From the NCBI GenBank assembly GCA_963742415.1, contig CAVULX010000002.1, positions 1 to 64,000 on the forward strand: DNA of 64,000 nucleotides. Reading direction: 5' to 3'. The position numbers and the translations under genes are program-made. Shown here piece after piece: positions 9,000 to 20,116 of the stretch. The notes beneath the pieces are model-generated. The model did no database searches, was not told the origin of the DNA, and was given only the letters and a program-made list of their open reading frames with translations. Positions within the stretch are counted from its first letter, which is position 1. Every line of letters begins with the position of its first letter. The DNA is from an uncultured Parachlamydiaceae bacterium (GTDB lineage: Bacteria; Chlamydiota; Chlamydiia; Chlamydiales; Parachlamydiaceae).

Positions 9000-10091
9000 A
9001 TGGATTTCCTAACTCTTAGAACGTTATTTCATGTCGATATGGATGCTTTTTTTGCCTCGGTTGAAATTGTCCGGCAACCGGCATTGAAAGGTAAGCCTGT
9101 CGTTGTAGGGGGAGATCCGGATAAACGGGGTGTTGTTTCCACTTGCTCTTATGAAGCCCGCAAATACGGGATCCGCTCAGCTATGTCCCTCGCAGAAGCA
9201 AAAAAAAGGTGCCCCCAAGCTATTTTTCTTGAAGGCAATTTCAGTCTTTATCAAGAATACTCTTCGATCATCATGGATATCTTATTTTCCTTTTCTCCTC
9301 TGACAGAGATTGTGGGCATCGATGAAGCCTACATGGATGTCTCAGAAATCCTCCAAAATTACCAAGGGGCTTTCGAATTAGGCAAATGCATAAGGCAAGC
9401 GGTTTTTAAAAAAACCGGCCTTACCTGCTCTGTAGGCATTGGCTCCAATAAGCTCATTGCCAAAATAGCCTCCTCTCTTGCAAAGCCGAATGGCTTATAC
9501 GAAATTCCTGCCGGGAAAGAAATTTCCTTTTTGCGCCCCCTCCCTGTCGAGAGTCTTCCCGGAGTCGGCTCAAAGACGCAAGTGATTCTAAACCAAGACG
9601 GTATAAAAACAATTAGGGATTTACAAGACCTGGGAATGGAAAAATTGGTTCACCGGTACGGTGCCCACGGCTATTACTTTTACCTTGCATCTCTAGGAAA
9701 GGATAACCGCCCCATCGAAACAGAAAGCTCCCTCCCCAAATCGATCGGAGCGGAAACAACCTTTGAGAACGATATTGACGATTTGCAACTGTTGCACAAC
9801 TTTCTACAGCAAGTCTTCGATAAAGCTTTTAAACGGTTATGTAGACATAAAATGAGAACAAGGGGATTCTCCCTTAAACTCCGCTTTGGCAATTTTAAGA
9901 CAATCACCCGTTCCCATACTTTCGATACCCACACAAAGGACAGAGAAAGTTTATTCGCCGCGGTCATAGAATTGTTCGATAGTATTTATGACAATATTTC
10001 TCCCTTGCGACTTGTGGGAATCTCCTTTGAAAAACTGTCCGATTCTTACTGGCAGCCCACCTTTTGGGATTGGCTCGAAGAGAATTCGTAA
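9000..10091 (+). CDS. dinB: DNA polymerase IV
   Basis: HVDMDAFFASVE, SYEARKYG, GIDEAYMD, AKIASS.AKPNG, KSIGAETTF. Confidence 0.97.
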   Translation: MDFLTLRTLFHVDMDAFFASVEIVRQPALKGKPVVVGGDPDKRGVVSTCSYEARKYGIRSAMSLAEAKKRCPQAIFLEGNFSLYQEYSSIIMDILFSFSPLTEIVGIDEAYMDVSEILQNYQGAFELGKCIRQAVFKKTGLTCSVGIGSNKLIAKIASSLAKPNGLYEIPAGKEISFLRPLPVESLPGVGSKTQVILNQDGIKTIRDLQDLGMEKLVHRYGAHGYYFYLASLGKDNRPIETESSLPKSIGAETTFENDIDDLQLLHNFLQQVFDKAFKRLCRHKMRTRGFSLKLRFGNFKTITRSHTFDTHTKDRESLFAAVIELFDSIYDNISPLRLVGISFEKLSDSYWQPTFWDWLEENS

Positions 10092-10104
10092 GTATGAAAG
10101 TTGA

Positions 10105-11754
10105 TTAAAAGATCCCATCGAGTCTCTCGAGCATCCTTTCTAGGGGTGTCTTCGGCCTGCCATGTCCGTACTTATACAAATTATTCGCGGCATTAAGTCC
10201 ATCGAAAACCCGCTGAGTTTCAAATTGATCTCCGCCTCCAAAGGGAATATGAATTATTTCAGTAGCTATAGTCGAATTTTCTTGAGCAGCAACCATACTT
10301 CGACAAACTCGGATCCGAGGCTGTTTGTCTGAATATTCTTCAAGTGTATCTTGTATAGCCTTAAATCGGGTTTTTGAAGATTCTGTTCCATCTTCCCTGT
10401 CCGGGAGCAATTCGTCTGTCTCCGGATCTCTATAATCATTAGTTACAATAAGAGCATTATCTTTAAGTTCCCTCAAAATGTATATTTTTTCTCCTGACGG
10501 GAAAAATTGGTAATTCAAAGCCCGCTGACCATCAACAACAATTAAATGGGCTGAAGCTCCAGGCAAAAGCCCTCCATCAATAAGCCTTTGAACATCATCT
10601 ATCGTCTGAGCTTCCTCTGATAAACGGCGCATAAAAAGTAAATTAGGAGTTCCTCCAGGATGTTTTGTTGTCCCCAGATTATGGTAGATAAGCACCAATT
10701 CATTGTTAAGGGATACTGGATCCTTAATTATCACAGTCAAAGCCCCAATTAGACCGGGAAAAAGGCCGCTTTCAATAATTTTGCCATTCTTTTCTTCACG
10801 AGTGACGAGATATTTTTGGCCTAATTGGCGGTAGGAAAATAGGTCTAAATTGCGCCCAACCCAACAGCCTCCGTCCGTTTTAACAACCAAGGTCGAACAT
10901 CCCACATCAAAAGGATCTCCACATACCAAATCGGGTAAACCTCCCAAAAAACTCATTCCAATGCTATAAGGCAATGTTTTATTGATAATGGATTTGTTAT
11001 GTAAATTTGAATAACAATCGGCAAAACAATGAAGTTTTTGAAATTCTTCAGAAGTAGGAATTGCATCATCTACATGTAAGTGAATATCGTCCGCGTATGC
11101 ATGAACCCCTTTAATGAAATTTTCCATTTCTGTTAGATAAGACTCAGGAATCTTTAACGTTTTGAAAGTTTTTTGTAATTCGACCCCTCCATGATCTTTA
11201 CATTTAATTTGAGCCAATTTAAAGAAAGGGCGGAGAACTTCTCGGAAAATTTCGATCGTTTGTTCTCCTAAGAGATATCCTTGAGCAAAACCCCGCTCAG
11301 CAGGGGGTAAGTTTGCAGAAAATGTTAATACCGGTATTTGATGGTGGTAACGATCTTTTTCATAAGCCAGTTGTGCAATTATATTATTGCGCAACTTGCA
11401 AGCCCGCTCATGATAAATCCTTGCACCCATTCCTAGGGAAGGGTGTGATCCCATTTTTTGTTCAATCCTATCTGTAGTAACCGAGCGAATGTGTTTCCTC
11501 CAAACACACAAAACAGTGAGTATCAAACCCCATCCTGTTATAAAGCAGGTGGTCGCCATAAAGTCGTTTGTTACAGATTCATCTCTATTCCTAGAATACA
11601 CCTCGCTAGCCATTATCCACACAACACCCCAAAAAAGAATTGTCAAAGGATTTTCTTTTAACTTGGTATTCGCACTAATTCTAATGTTTTCCAATACCGA
11701 TACTGGTTCATATGGTGGAACTGCAGAGCCTGAAATACTTCCTGCCGATGTCAT
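10105..11754 (-). CDS. Membrane-anchored Ntn-hydrolase (peptidase C45 / acid ceramidase-like)
   Basis: ERGFAQGYLL, G-CSTLVV...VGRNLD, VTND, SKTRF; two N-terminal hydrophobic helices. Confidence 0.7.
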   Translation of the reverse strand: MTSAGSISGSAVPPYEPVSVLENIRISANTKLKENPLTILFWGVVWIMASEVYSRNRDESVTNDFMATTCFITGWGLILTVLCVWRKHIRSVTTDRIEQKMGSHPSLGMGARIYHERACKLRNNIIAQLAYEKDRYHHQIPVLTFSANLPPAERGFAQGYLLGEQTIEIFREVLRPFFKLAQIKCKDHGGVELQKTFKTLKIPESYLTEMENFIKGVHAYADDIHLHVDDAIPTSEEFQKLHCFADCYSNLHNKSIINKTLPYSIGMSFLGGLPDLVCGDPFDVGCSTLVVKTDGGCWVGRNLDLFSYRQLGQKYLVTREEKNGKIIESGLFPGLIGALTVIIKDPVSLNNELVLIYHNLGTTKHPGGTPNLLFMRRLSEEAQTIDDVQRLIDGGLLPGASAHLIVVDGQRALNYQFFPSGEKIYILRELKDNALIVTNDYRDPETDELLPDREDGTESSKTRFKAIQDTLEEYSDKQPRIRVCRSMVAAQENSTIATEIIHIPFGGGDQFETQRVFDGLNAANNLYKYGHGRPKTPLERMLERLDGIF

Positions 11755-11929
11755 AACTCCCCCTTGTTAAAAAATGAAATAAATTCATTTTTGACAAGGG
11801 GCTCTGTTTTTCTCAAGAAAAATGAATGTGACTCAAAATTTAGAATTTGGAGCGCGTCAAAATCCTCGCGATCGAATGATTTTGTTCGCTTTTTGGAGTG
11901 CGGCGGCAAGCCCTCAAAAAGCGGACAGA

Positions 11930-13429
11930 TCAGATTTTGAGTTTGTTGGGATACAAATGCTGCAGGAATTCGATCATGAGACGGACACCAATTCCGGTAG
12001 CATGTTTAGGATGGTAACGTTTGGCGTCATTAAGAAAGGCTGTGCTTGCAATATCAAAATGCACCCAAGGGGTTTTTCCCACAAAATGCTGCAAAAAAAT
12101 CCCCCCTGAAATCGAAGAAGCCGAACGTGTTCCGGCATTTTTAATATCAGCTACATCCGATTTAAGATTGTCTTTGTATTCCTCAAACAAAGGCAGCCGC
12201 CAAACCCTTTCGAATGTTTCACTTCCGGCACGCACAAAAAGGTCGGCCAAAGCATCATTATTCGACATCATCCCTGTCGTCTCATTGCCTAAAGCAATGT
12301 CAACTCCCCCTGTTAACGTCGCAAAATCAATCAGCCGCGCTGGCTTCAGATGAGTGTTGGCATATGCTAAAGCATCGGCCAACACCAATCTTCCTTCAGC
12401 ATCTGTGTTGGTAATCTCAACAGTTTTCCCGCTAAATCCTGCGTAAACATCCCCCGGCTTGTAACTCCGGGCTGAAATACAGTTTTCCGTCGCAGGAACA
12501 ATTGCTGTTAAATGCACGGGCAATTTTAACTTAGCTGCCACCCACACCGCGGCTAAAGCCACAGCAGCTCCAGCCATGTCTGCCCGCATAGTCTCCATGC
12601 CGCTAGATTTGAGATTTAACCCCCCAGTATCATAGGTAATTCCCTTTCCAATGACAACAGTATGGTCTTTCCCTTTGGCTTTGGCGTTCCCTTGATATTC
12701 AAGTATAATAAATGCAGGCTCAATGGCTGAACCACGATTGACAGCTAATAACAGCCCCATTTTCTCTTTCTCAATCCGTTTTTTGTCAAAAACCGTTGCT
12801 TTAAGAGCCGGACTATCCTTGGCTAGCTTTTTTGCTATCTCTCCAAGGTGCTGGGGAGTTATCTCATCCGCATTGCTGTTGGTCAAGTCCCGAGCCAGAT
12901 GCACCCCTTCACATAAAATCTGCAATTTTTTTGCAAGAGAGAGAGCCTCTTTATCAGCTCCTATCAAAGCCATTTTTTTCAAATAACTCGGGGGGTTATC
13001 CTTAAGGGCATCCCGCTTGTTCTTAACAAAGCTGTAATTAGCAAGAAGGCTCCCCTCTATGATCCCACGCAAAATGTAATCTTCACTTAAGACGGGAATT
13101 TGGGGAAAAAAAACATTTATGGTTTTAAACTTTTTCTGATTGCACAATTTCGTGATGGATGCATAAGCACGCCGCAAAGTTTCTGTTGTAATCCTTTCTT
13201 CGTCGCCTAATCCTAAAAAAGCCAAACGCTTTTCTTTTAACTTTTCAGGATATATGATCAAACATTCACTTTCGCTCCCTTTAAAATCTTCTAGAGGAAC
13301 CTTTATCATAGGCTCTAAAGATTTGGCGTGGCCTGCTATTTTTACCTTCCCCTCCTTGCTAAAAAAGGGAACGACAAGCAAATCGGCTTGACCTCTCCCC
13401 TCAAGGTGTTGTGCAATTGTGATTTCCAT
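11930..13429 (-). CDS. pepA: Leucyl aminopeptidase (M17)
   Basis: GKGITYDTGG, DMAGAA, NTDAEGRLVLAD. Confidence 0.97.
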   Translation of the reverse strand: MEITIAQHLEGRGQADLLVVPFFSKEGKVKIAGHAKSLEPMIKVPLEDFKGSESECLIIYPEKLKEKRLAFLGLGDEERITTETLRRAYASITKLCNQKKFKTINVFFPQIPVLSEDYILRGIIEGSLLANYSFVKNKRDALKDNPPSYLKKMALIGADKEALSLAKKLQILCEGVHLARDLTNSNADEITPQHLGEIAKKLAKDSPALKATVFDKKRIEKEKMGLLLAVNRGSAIEPAFIILEYQGNAKAKGKDHTVVIGKGITYDTGGLNLKSSGMETMRADMAGAAVALAAVWVAAKLKLPVHLTAIVPATENCISARSYKPGDVYAGFSGKTVEITNTDAEGRLVLADALAYANTHLKPARLIDFATLTGGVDIALGNETTGMMSNNDALADLFVRAGSETFERVWRLPLFEEYKDNLKSDVADIKNAGTRSASSISGGIFLQHFVGKTPWVHFDIASTAFLNDAKRYHPKHATGIGVRLMIEFLQHLYPNKLKI

Positions 13430-13440
13430 AAGCCTCTATC

Positions 13441-13920
13441 TCAAAATGGCACTTTTTCTTCGTCTTCTTCATGTTGTGATGACTGCTGCCCATACTGGGT
13501 CCCTCCGCCAGCCCCTCCTTGGAATGTCTGCTCTCCAAATCCCCCTTCGCTGCCTCCTGCAAAGCCTCCTCCTCCAGATTCTTGCGAAGGACGCTCTCCA
13601 GATTTTCCTGATCCAAATGGGTTAAAGCGCAATAAATCAGCCCAAATTTCCAGTTGAATTTGAGCACGCCCTTCCCTATCTGTCCAGATTTCCGGTTTTT
13701 GAAGTTCCCCTATCACGATGATTGAACTTCCTTTTTTCAAGTAACTTAACATCTTGTCGAAACGATCTCCCCAGACCGTCACACGATACCATATAGTCAC
13801 CGTTGCTTCCCCTTTTTTCACATTGGTGGCAACATTGAATGTGGTGACCTTCAGTCCTTTCGCGGTGAAGCGGCTAACGGGATCGCTGCCTAGATTTCCC
13901 ATAATTTGAATGATATTCAT
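13441..13920 (-). CDS. ssb: Single-stranded DNA-binding protein
   Basis: GNLGSDP OB fold, Gly-rich linker, acidic EEKVPF tail. Confidence 0.97.
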   Translation of the reverse strand: MNIIQIMGNLGSDPVSRFTAKGLKVTTFNVATNVKKGEATVTIWYRVTVWGDRFDKMLSYLKKGSSIIVIGELQKPEIWTDREGRAQIQLEIWADLLRFNPFGSGKSGERPSQESGGGGFAGGSEGGFGEQTFQGGAGGGTQYGQQSSQHEEDEEKVPF

Positions 13921-14054
13921 TAAAATAACCTCTTGAGATTTGGCTGAAATATATTCAAAGACAATATTAACGCAAAGTCGTTAACCCTTCAAAATAAAAA
14001 AAACCTTTCACACTTTTTACGCCTCTGCGTGAAATTGCAAGACGATGTTTGGCT

Positions 14055-14555
14055 TTAGATCTTAATATATCCGGGGCCTTGCTTGCCAACTCCAGGTTGT
14101 ATTGCCTGGCTTTGAGGAGCTTTTGCACTTTCATCCCGCCCTTCGGAAATTTCAGCGCAAATTTTGCGCCATTTTTCCACTGTTTCCACATAAAGCGGAG
14201 CAAAAGCACGCAAAGCAGAAGAGAGCGCATGCTCCATGTCAATCGTGCAATGCATGAGGATGAGCTCTTCTTTTACAGCGACTCCCACTCCACCGCCGGC
14301 CATTTGGCCGCCTAGCATTGAACCTTCTAAAAGCCTTTCATACAACCTAAGGCGGGTCTTTTCATCGCGTGGGAGACCGTCGAGCAAAGGGGAATAAAGA
14401 TAGAGACGCTTAGAATTTGGCTCATAAGTCAAATGCAGCGAAAATTCATCATCAATCCCTAATATACACGTGTTGTTTTCGTCAAACTCTAAACCTTCAA
14501 GGCCAAGTTCTTTTCCAAACTCCTTGAGATTCTCCTTAGCATTTTCAAAAGACAT
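14055..14555 (-). CDS. slc1: CesT-family type III secretion chaperone (Slc1/CT043-like)
   Basis: FDENNTCILGID, LYERLLEGSMLGGQMAGGGVGVA; lies between glgX and ssb as in Chlamydia. Confidence 0.9.
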   Translation of the reverse strand: MSFENAKENLKEFGKELGLEGLEFDENNTCILGIDDEFSLHLTYEPNSKRLYLYSPLLDGLPRDEKTRLRLYERLLEGSMLGGQMAGGGVGVAVKEELILMHCTIDMEHALSSALRAFAPLYVETVEKWRKICAEISEGRDESAKAPQSQAIQPGVGKQGPGYIKI

Positions 14556-14856
14556 ATAAAAACCTCCAAAATTTAACTTTTACACCATACTCATAGGTAC
14601 GCGTTCACGTTTAGACTTTTGATTTATGCGTGCTACGATGCCTCATTGAGGTTTAAAAGTAAATACAATTTAATCATCTAAGCCTGCAAAAGTTTGCTTG
14701 ATACTCATTGGCTCTAATAATTAAATTATAAAGGGATAAAATAATTCATGGCAATTATTTTGCTGATAAAAAAATGTTTTTCCTCAAGAATTAAATTTGG
14801 CTGGAGATTGATGCTTTTGGTTTAAAAATACGTAAAACGCTAAACATGAGTATCTT

Positions 14857-16913
14857 ATGAACAATTTTGTCTCGGAAAATGGATCCCCTTATCCCCTTGG
14901 ATCTAGCGCTATCCCCGGGGGAGCGATGAATTTTGCTTTATTTTCTCAAGACGCCTCTTCTGTGCGACTTAGCTTATTTTCGGCTGAATCACATACGCTT
15001 CTTCAGGAAATTACTCTCGACCCTATTTTCAATAAAACAGGGAATATTTGGCACATTTTGATTAAAAATCCCCCCCCGATTTTCCTCTATGCTTATCATG
15101 CAGATGGCCCTCATAGCACCACTTTAAAACAGATGTTTGATCCTCCTTTGCTTTTGTTAGACCCTTACGCCAAACACCTATCTACTAAACACATCTGGGG
15201 AAGCAATTCCAATCTCGATAATCCCGGACAGGCTGATTACCGCCCTTTAGGTATTTTATCTCCCCTTGCTCCTTTCGATTGGCAGGATGTGCGTTCCCCC
15301 TCTATCCCCCTCCATGATCTCATTATCTATGAAATGCACGTGAGAGGGTTTACGCGCCATCCTTCTAGCCAAGCCGCCCATCCGGGGACTTTCTTGGGTG
15401 TCATAGAAAAAATTCCCTATCTTATCGACTTGGGAGTTAATGCTTTAGAGTTCCTTCCTATCCACGAATTTAACGAGAATGAGGTCAAGTTAATAAATCC
15501 TGCGACTCACCAACGGTTATGTAACTATTGGGGATATTCCACTGTCAACTTCTTTTCCCCCATGAACAGATATGCTTCCCAAAGCGAACCAGGAAGTGCG
15601 ATGAGGGAATTTAAAACAATGGTGAGAGAGCTTCATCGGCATGGGATCGAAGTGATCCTTGATGTGGTTTATAACCATACTGCTGAAGGAAATGAAGCAG
15701 GACCTGTGCTGTCTTTTAAAGGGATTGATAACTCCGTTTATTATCTTCAAGATCCTGACGATACTTACAGCAACTTCTCGGGATGCGGCAATACCTTCAG
15801 CTGTAATCATCCTGTCGGATGGGAACTTATCCTAGCTAGCTTGCGGTATTGGGTTTTGGAAGGTCATGTTGATGGCTTCCGTTTCGATTTGGCTTCCATC
15901 TTAACGAGGGGGAAAAAGGGGCTCCCCTCGACCACGCTCCGCTTATCGAAGCGATTTCGGACGATCCTATTTTAGCCGGAATCAAACTCATTGCCGAACC
16001 CTGGGATGCTGCAGGATTATACCAAGTCGGAAAATTTGGAGCCGGATCGCCCCGGTGGTGTGAATGGAATGACAAATATCGGGATTCTGTCAGACGGTTC
16101 GCAGGGGGAATGGATGAAGTTAAAGGTAAATTTATCACACGCATATGTGGATCGGAAGACCTGTATTACAATAGGTCCCCTTTAGCCAGCATTAACTTTG
16201 TCACTGCCCATGACGGTTTTTCACTTTGCGACCTTGTTTCTTATAATGAAAAGCATAATTTAGAAAATGGGGAAAAAAATCACGATGGGATGAATCGAAA
16301 TTGCAGTTGGAACTGCGGGATAGAAGGTCGCACTGATGATCCCAGCATCTTAGAGCTACGTCAAAGGCAAATGCGCAATTTTTTTGTTGTCCTCCTAGTC
16401 TCGCAAGGGGTCCCGATGCTTTTGATGGGAGATGAATATGGGCATACAAAAAAAGGCAATAATAATGCTTGGTGCCATGACGACGAACGAAATTGGTTTT
16501 TATGGGATCAGCTGAAGGATAACGCCCCCTTTTTCCGTTTTTGCAAGTTGATGATTCAGTTCAGAAAAAACAACCCTTTATTAAGGCGCACGGCTTTTTT
16601 AAAAAAACTTGATGCTGAGTGGCATGGGATCCAACCTTTAGATCCCCATTGGGGGGATCAAAATGGTTTCATCGCTTTTACTTTGCTAGACCCTATCCTG
16701 AAAAACGACATTTATATTGCGTTTAACGCTAAGAATGATGAAAAAAAAGTGGTTCTACCCAATCCTCCCGAAGGAAAAGCATGGCATATTATCGTTGACA
16801 CATCCACTCCATCCCCAAACGACATCTTTGATGAATCTAAAGCTCCCTTGGCCAATTTAGAAAAAAATTGCGTTCCTTTCTCCTCATTAGTCTTAAAAGC
16901 CATAAACATATAG
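14857..16913 (+). CDS. glgX: Glycogen debranching enzyme, split by a one-base frameshift at about 15908-15921
   Basis: YEMHVRGF, NYWGY, DVVYNHTAEG and DGFRFDLAS in frame 1. The -1 frame continues GAPLDHAPLIEAISDDPIL..KLIAEPWD and joins ORF 16110-16913 (NFVTAHDGF, SQGVPM). Confidence 0.93.
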
Positions 16914-16923
16914 GGTAAAGAAG

Positions 16924-16972
16924 AACAGGATGGGCAGGATCGCCGTTGGCGGCATGATAAGCAGGATAAATA
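16924..16972. repeat. Single degenerate arm of the CAGGAT repeat family
   Basis: AACAGGATGGGCAGGATCG...GGCATGATAAGCAGGATA resembles 30507-30549. Confidence 0.55.
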
Positions 16973-17006
16973 AATGAGGTCTATTTTCAACCTGAACTTT
17001 GGGTTT

Positions 17007-18050
17007 TTAGATAATCAGCATTGCATCGCCGTAAGAGAAAAAACGGAATTGCCGCTCGATAGCTTTTGCATAGGCTTCCTGGATCAGCTCATACCCTGCA
17101 AATGCAGAGACCAACATCAAGAGGGTGGATCCGGGAAGATGAAAATTTGTCAGCAACTGCCTGACAAATTTAAATTGATAGCCTGGATAGATAAAAATCG
17201 AGGTAGAGTAGTCCCCGGGAACAATATGACCAACGACATCCGCAGCCGACTCTAACGCACGGCAACAAGTAGTTCCCACACAAATCTGACGGGAATCTCC
17301 CCTCCTTTCATTCAAGATTTGAGCGGTCTCAGGCGAGATGTGAACTTGCTCTGCATGCATTTGGTATTCCGTGATGTTTTCCGTCTTCACGGTTTTGAAC
17401 GTTCCCAAACCCACATGAAGGGTCAAATGAGCTTGAGAGATCTCTTTGTTCGTTAAAGCGTCCAACAAATCCTTGGTAAAGTGCAATCCCGCTGTCGGTG
17501 CAGCGATGGCCCCCGGCTGAGCAGCATAAACAGTTTGATACCGTTCTTTGTCTACCTCCTCGCCCACCCCTTTACGGATATATAAAGGCAAAGGCATCTT
17601 TCCATACTTTTCAAGAAGAGGGGGAAAATCCCCCTCATATTTGAATTGAATCCTGCGGGAACCATCTTCAAAAACAGCCACCACTTGGCCAGATAAATCA
17701 TCTCCAAAAGTTATCTGCGACCCCACCGGCAGCCTTCTTCCAGGTTTTGCCATCGCATCCCATGTTCCATCGGGATGACAACGCACCAACAAGATCTCTG
17801 CCGCTCCTCCCCCTTTCCGGGTTCCAAATAGCCGCGCAGGAACCACTTTTGTATCATTGAAAATAAGTGTATCCCCCTCGGCTAAGAAATCGATCAATTC
17901 TTTGAAAACAATCTCTGATATATGTCCCGATTTCCGCTCGACCACCATCAACCTAGAAGCATCTCTTGGCGTGCAGGGGTATTGGGCAATGAGATGCGGA
18001 GGCAAATCATATTGGTAAGAAGATAAAGAAAGCAAATCCTTAGATGCCAT
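17007..18050 (-). CDS. queA: S-adenosylmethionine:tRNA ribosyltransferase-isomerase
   Basis: YDLP..LIAQYP, AAPTAGLHFT, LHVGLGTF, TNFHLP.STL, FFSYGDAM. Confidence 0.97.
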   Translation of the reverse strand: MASKDLLSLSSYQYDLPPHLIAQYPCTPRDASRLMVVERKSGHISEIVFKELIDFLAEGDTLIFNDTKVVPARLFGTRKGGGAAEILLVRCHPDGTWDAMAKPGRRLPVGSQITFGDDLSGQVVAVFEDGSRRIQFKYEGDFPPLLEKYGKMPLPLYIRKGVGEEVDKERYQTVYAAQPGAIAAPTAGLHFTKDLLDALTNKEISQAHLTLHVGLGTFKTVKTENITEYQMHAEQVHISPETAQILNERRGDSRQICVGTTCCRALESAADVVGHIVPGDYSTSIFIYPGYQFKFVRQLLTNFHLPGSTLLMLVSAFAGYELIQEAYAKAIERQFRFFSYGDAMLII

Positions 18051-18068
18051 GTCGCCAAGAGATTGGGC

Positions 18069-18935
18069 TTACCTATCAGAAAAATTGACCGACTGCACAG
18101 CTGTGCGCGGAAATGCTTTTTCTAATATGTTAGCCGCATGATCCCCCTTTTTAGCTAACTGCTCAGCCTCGTTAAAGGAGATCAAAGCTGAGACCGCCTT
18201 TTGAGAAGTGTTGCCCACATTTTTTACACGTTCATCCCATTGCAAGGGAAAGGGTGTAATAAGCCCTTCATAAGCTCCTGTTTTGCTCATCACCATGTAG
18301 CGTGTATTTCGGACCGCCTTCAGGATCTCGGGTTGATAATTTTTACCCACGCTTTTATAACCTGAAAGGGTTCCGTCCACAGCCCAAAACTTGCTTTTTG
18401 GATTTTGCGCTTGGAAGTAAGCGTTGGTTCTTTCTGCGATGGCCAAGGCTGATAAGAGTTCTTCAGGCAAATCCAAGGGGAATTTGTTGGCCATCACCGA
18501 CATTAAATACCCTTCAATGGGAACTTCATTGACGATGCTGATCGTCCCTCCAATGTTATAGATGGAGATAGGGCCTGGATATTCCACACCATCTACAAAA
18601 ATTTGTGTTTGGGGATCCATTGGAATAAGGGATATTTGATGATGTCCCGGGAATTCTTCCCCCCATTTCAACCCATCATTGATGGCTTGCATGTACTTAT
18701 TTTTACCCAGATAGCGGGTACTAATTAAAGCCCCTTTATGAGGGTCAGTAATTTTGTATTTTCCAATCACTTCGACAACAGCCCCTGGCTGGTCGTGCAA
18801 AATTAACACCTCGATTGTAGGCGGCAAGGGTACCGATTGCCTGCCCCAATATGTTTTCAGTGGATTTGCAATTTCGGCAGAAACCGATGATAAAGAAACA
18901 GCTGCAAGTAGGCATAAACAAATTTTACGAATCAT
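18069..18935 (-). CDS. Secreted SpoIID/LytB-like protein (CT041-like)
   Basis: Signal peptide; [22 protein letters not shown]; adjacent to ruvB. Confidence 0.75.
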   Translation of the reverse strand: MIRKICLCLLAAVSLSSVSAEIANPLKTYWGRQSVPLPPTIEVLILHDQPGAVVEVIGKYKITDPHKGALISTRYLGKNKYMQAINDGLKWGEEFPGHHQISLIPMDPQTQIFVDGVEYPGPISIYNIGGTISIVNEVPIEGYLMSVMANKFPLDLPEELLSALAIAERTNAYFQAQNPKSKFWAVDGTLSGYKSVGKNYQPEILKAVRNTRYMVMSKTGAYEGLITPFPLQWDERVKNVGNTSQKAVSALISFNEAEQLAKKGDHAANILEKAFPRTAVQSVNFSDR

Positions 18936-19966
18936 AACGTAAATTCCTCCTTATGTGAATTCGCCCTTCTCTTCATATGAGAATAGGCTAAATGGGTTGC
19001 TTCCCTACCCCTGGGCGTCCGTTTTAAAAAACCTAATTTGATCAGATATGGTTCATGAACTTCTTCAAGTGTATGGCTCTCCTCTCCTGTGGCCACAGCA
19101 ATCGTGTTCAATCCAACAGGGCCTCCATGATAATGGTCAATAATGACGGACAGTATTTTTTTGTCCATATCATCCAGTCCCAATTCATCTATACAAAGCA
19201 AGTCTAGGGCTTGCTTAACCACAGCCAGCGTAATCTGATTATCCGCACGGATCTGCGCATAGTCCCTGACCCACCGCAAAAGATTGTTTGCAATCCGGGG
19301 AGTTCCACGAGAGCACCGCGCAATTTCCATCCCCCCTTTCTCATCTATCTCTAAGTTGAGAATTCGCGCTGTCCGCAGAATAATCTGCTCCAAAACCTCT
19401 GCAGGATAATAGTCTAACCGGCTCGTAAACAAAAAACGGGACCGTAACGGAGCTGTCAGCAATCCCACACGTGTCGTAGCAGCCACCAAAGTGAACTTTT
19501 TCAAGGGAACCTGCACGCTTCTTGCGTTAGGGCCACTGTCGATCATCAGATCCAGCTTAAAATCTTCCATGGCAGGATACAAATACTCTTCCACAGTTCG
19601 ATTAAGGCGGTGCACTTCATCGATGAAAAGGATATCCCCTTCTTGAAGATTTGTAAGAACCCCTGCTAAATCACCCGGTTTTTCAATGACCGGGCCCGAA
19701 GTGACGACGAGATTTGTTCCCATCGCTTTCGCTAAGATATTGGCTAGCGTCGTTTTGCCTAGTCCCGGAGGGCCGCTGAAAAGGCAATGCCCTAACGCCT
19801 CGTTTCTCTTTTTGGCAGCCCCTACAAAAACTTCTAAACAATCCCTCACCTGATCCTGTCCAATAAAATCCCTCAAAGATTGCGGTCTCAAAGGGACTTC
19901 AAAGGTCTCATCTTGTTTCGCCACTTTTTCTTTGGATAGTGTTGACTGTATGCAGTTTTGAACCAT
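18932..19966 (-). CDS. ruvB: Holliday junction branch migration helicase
   Basis: [39 protein letters not shown]. Confidence 0.98.
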   Translation of the reverse strand: MVQNCIQSTLSKEKVAKQDETFEVPLRPQSLRDFIGQDQVRDCLEVFVGAAKKRNEALGHCLFSGPPGLGKTTLANILAKAMGTNLVVTSGPVIEKPGDLAGVLTNLQEGDILFIDEVHRLNRTVEEYLYPAMEDFKLDLMIDSGPNARSVQVPLKKFTLVAATTRVGLLTAPLRSRFLFTSRLDYYPAEVLEQIILRTARILNLEIDEKGGMEIARCSRGTPRIANNLLRWVRDYAQIRADNQITLAVVKQALDLLCIDELGLDDMDKKILSVIIDHYHGGPVGLNTIAVATGEESHTLEEVHEPYLIKLGFLKRTPRGREATHLAYSHMKRRANSHKEEFTL

Positions 19967-20116
19967 AAAATACAACTTCTGGGGGTTTATTATTCCATCT
20001 TGAAAAAAGTATAAGAATAAAACAAAAATAAGAAAAGGAGAAATATGGCGATGACGAAATTAACACAAATTATGATAATGTGAGATCGTTTACAAGTTAA
20101 TATCAAAATTTGATTT

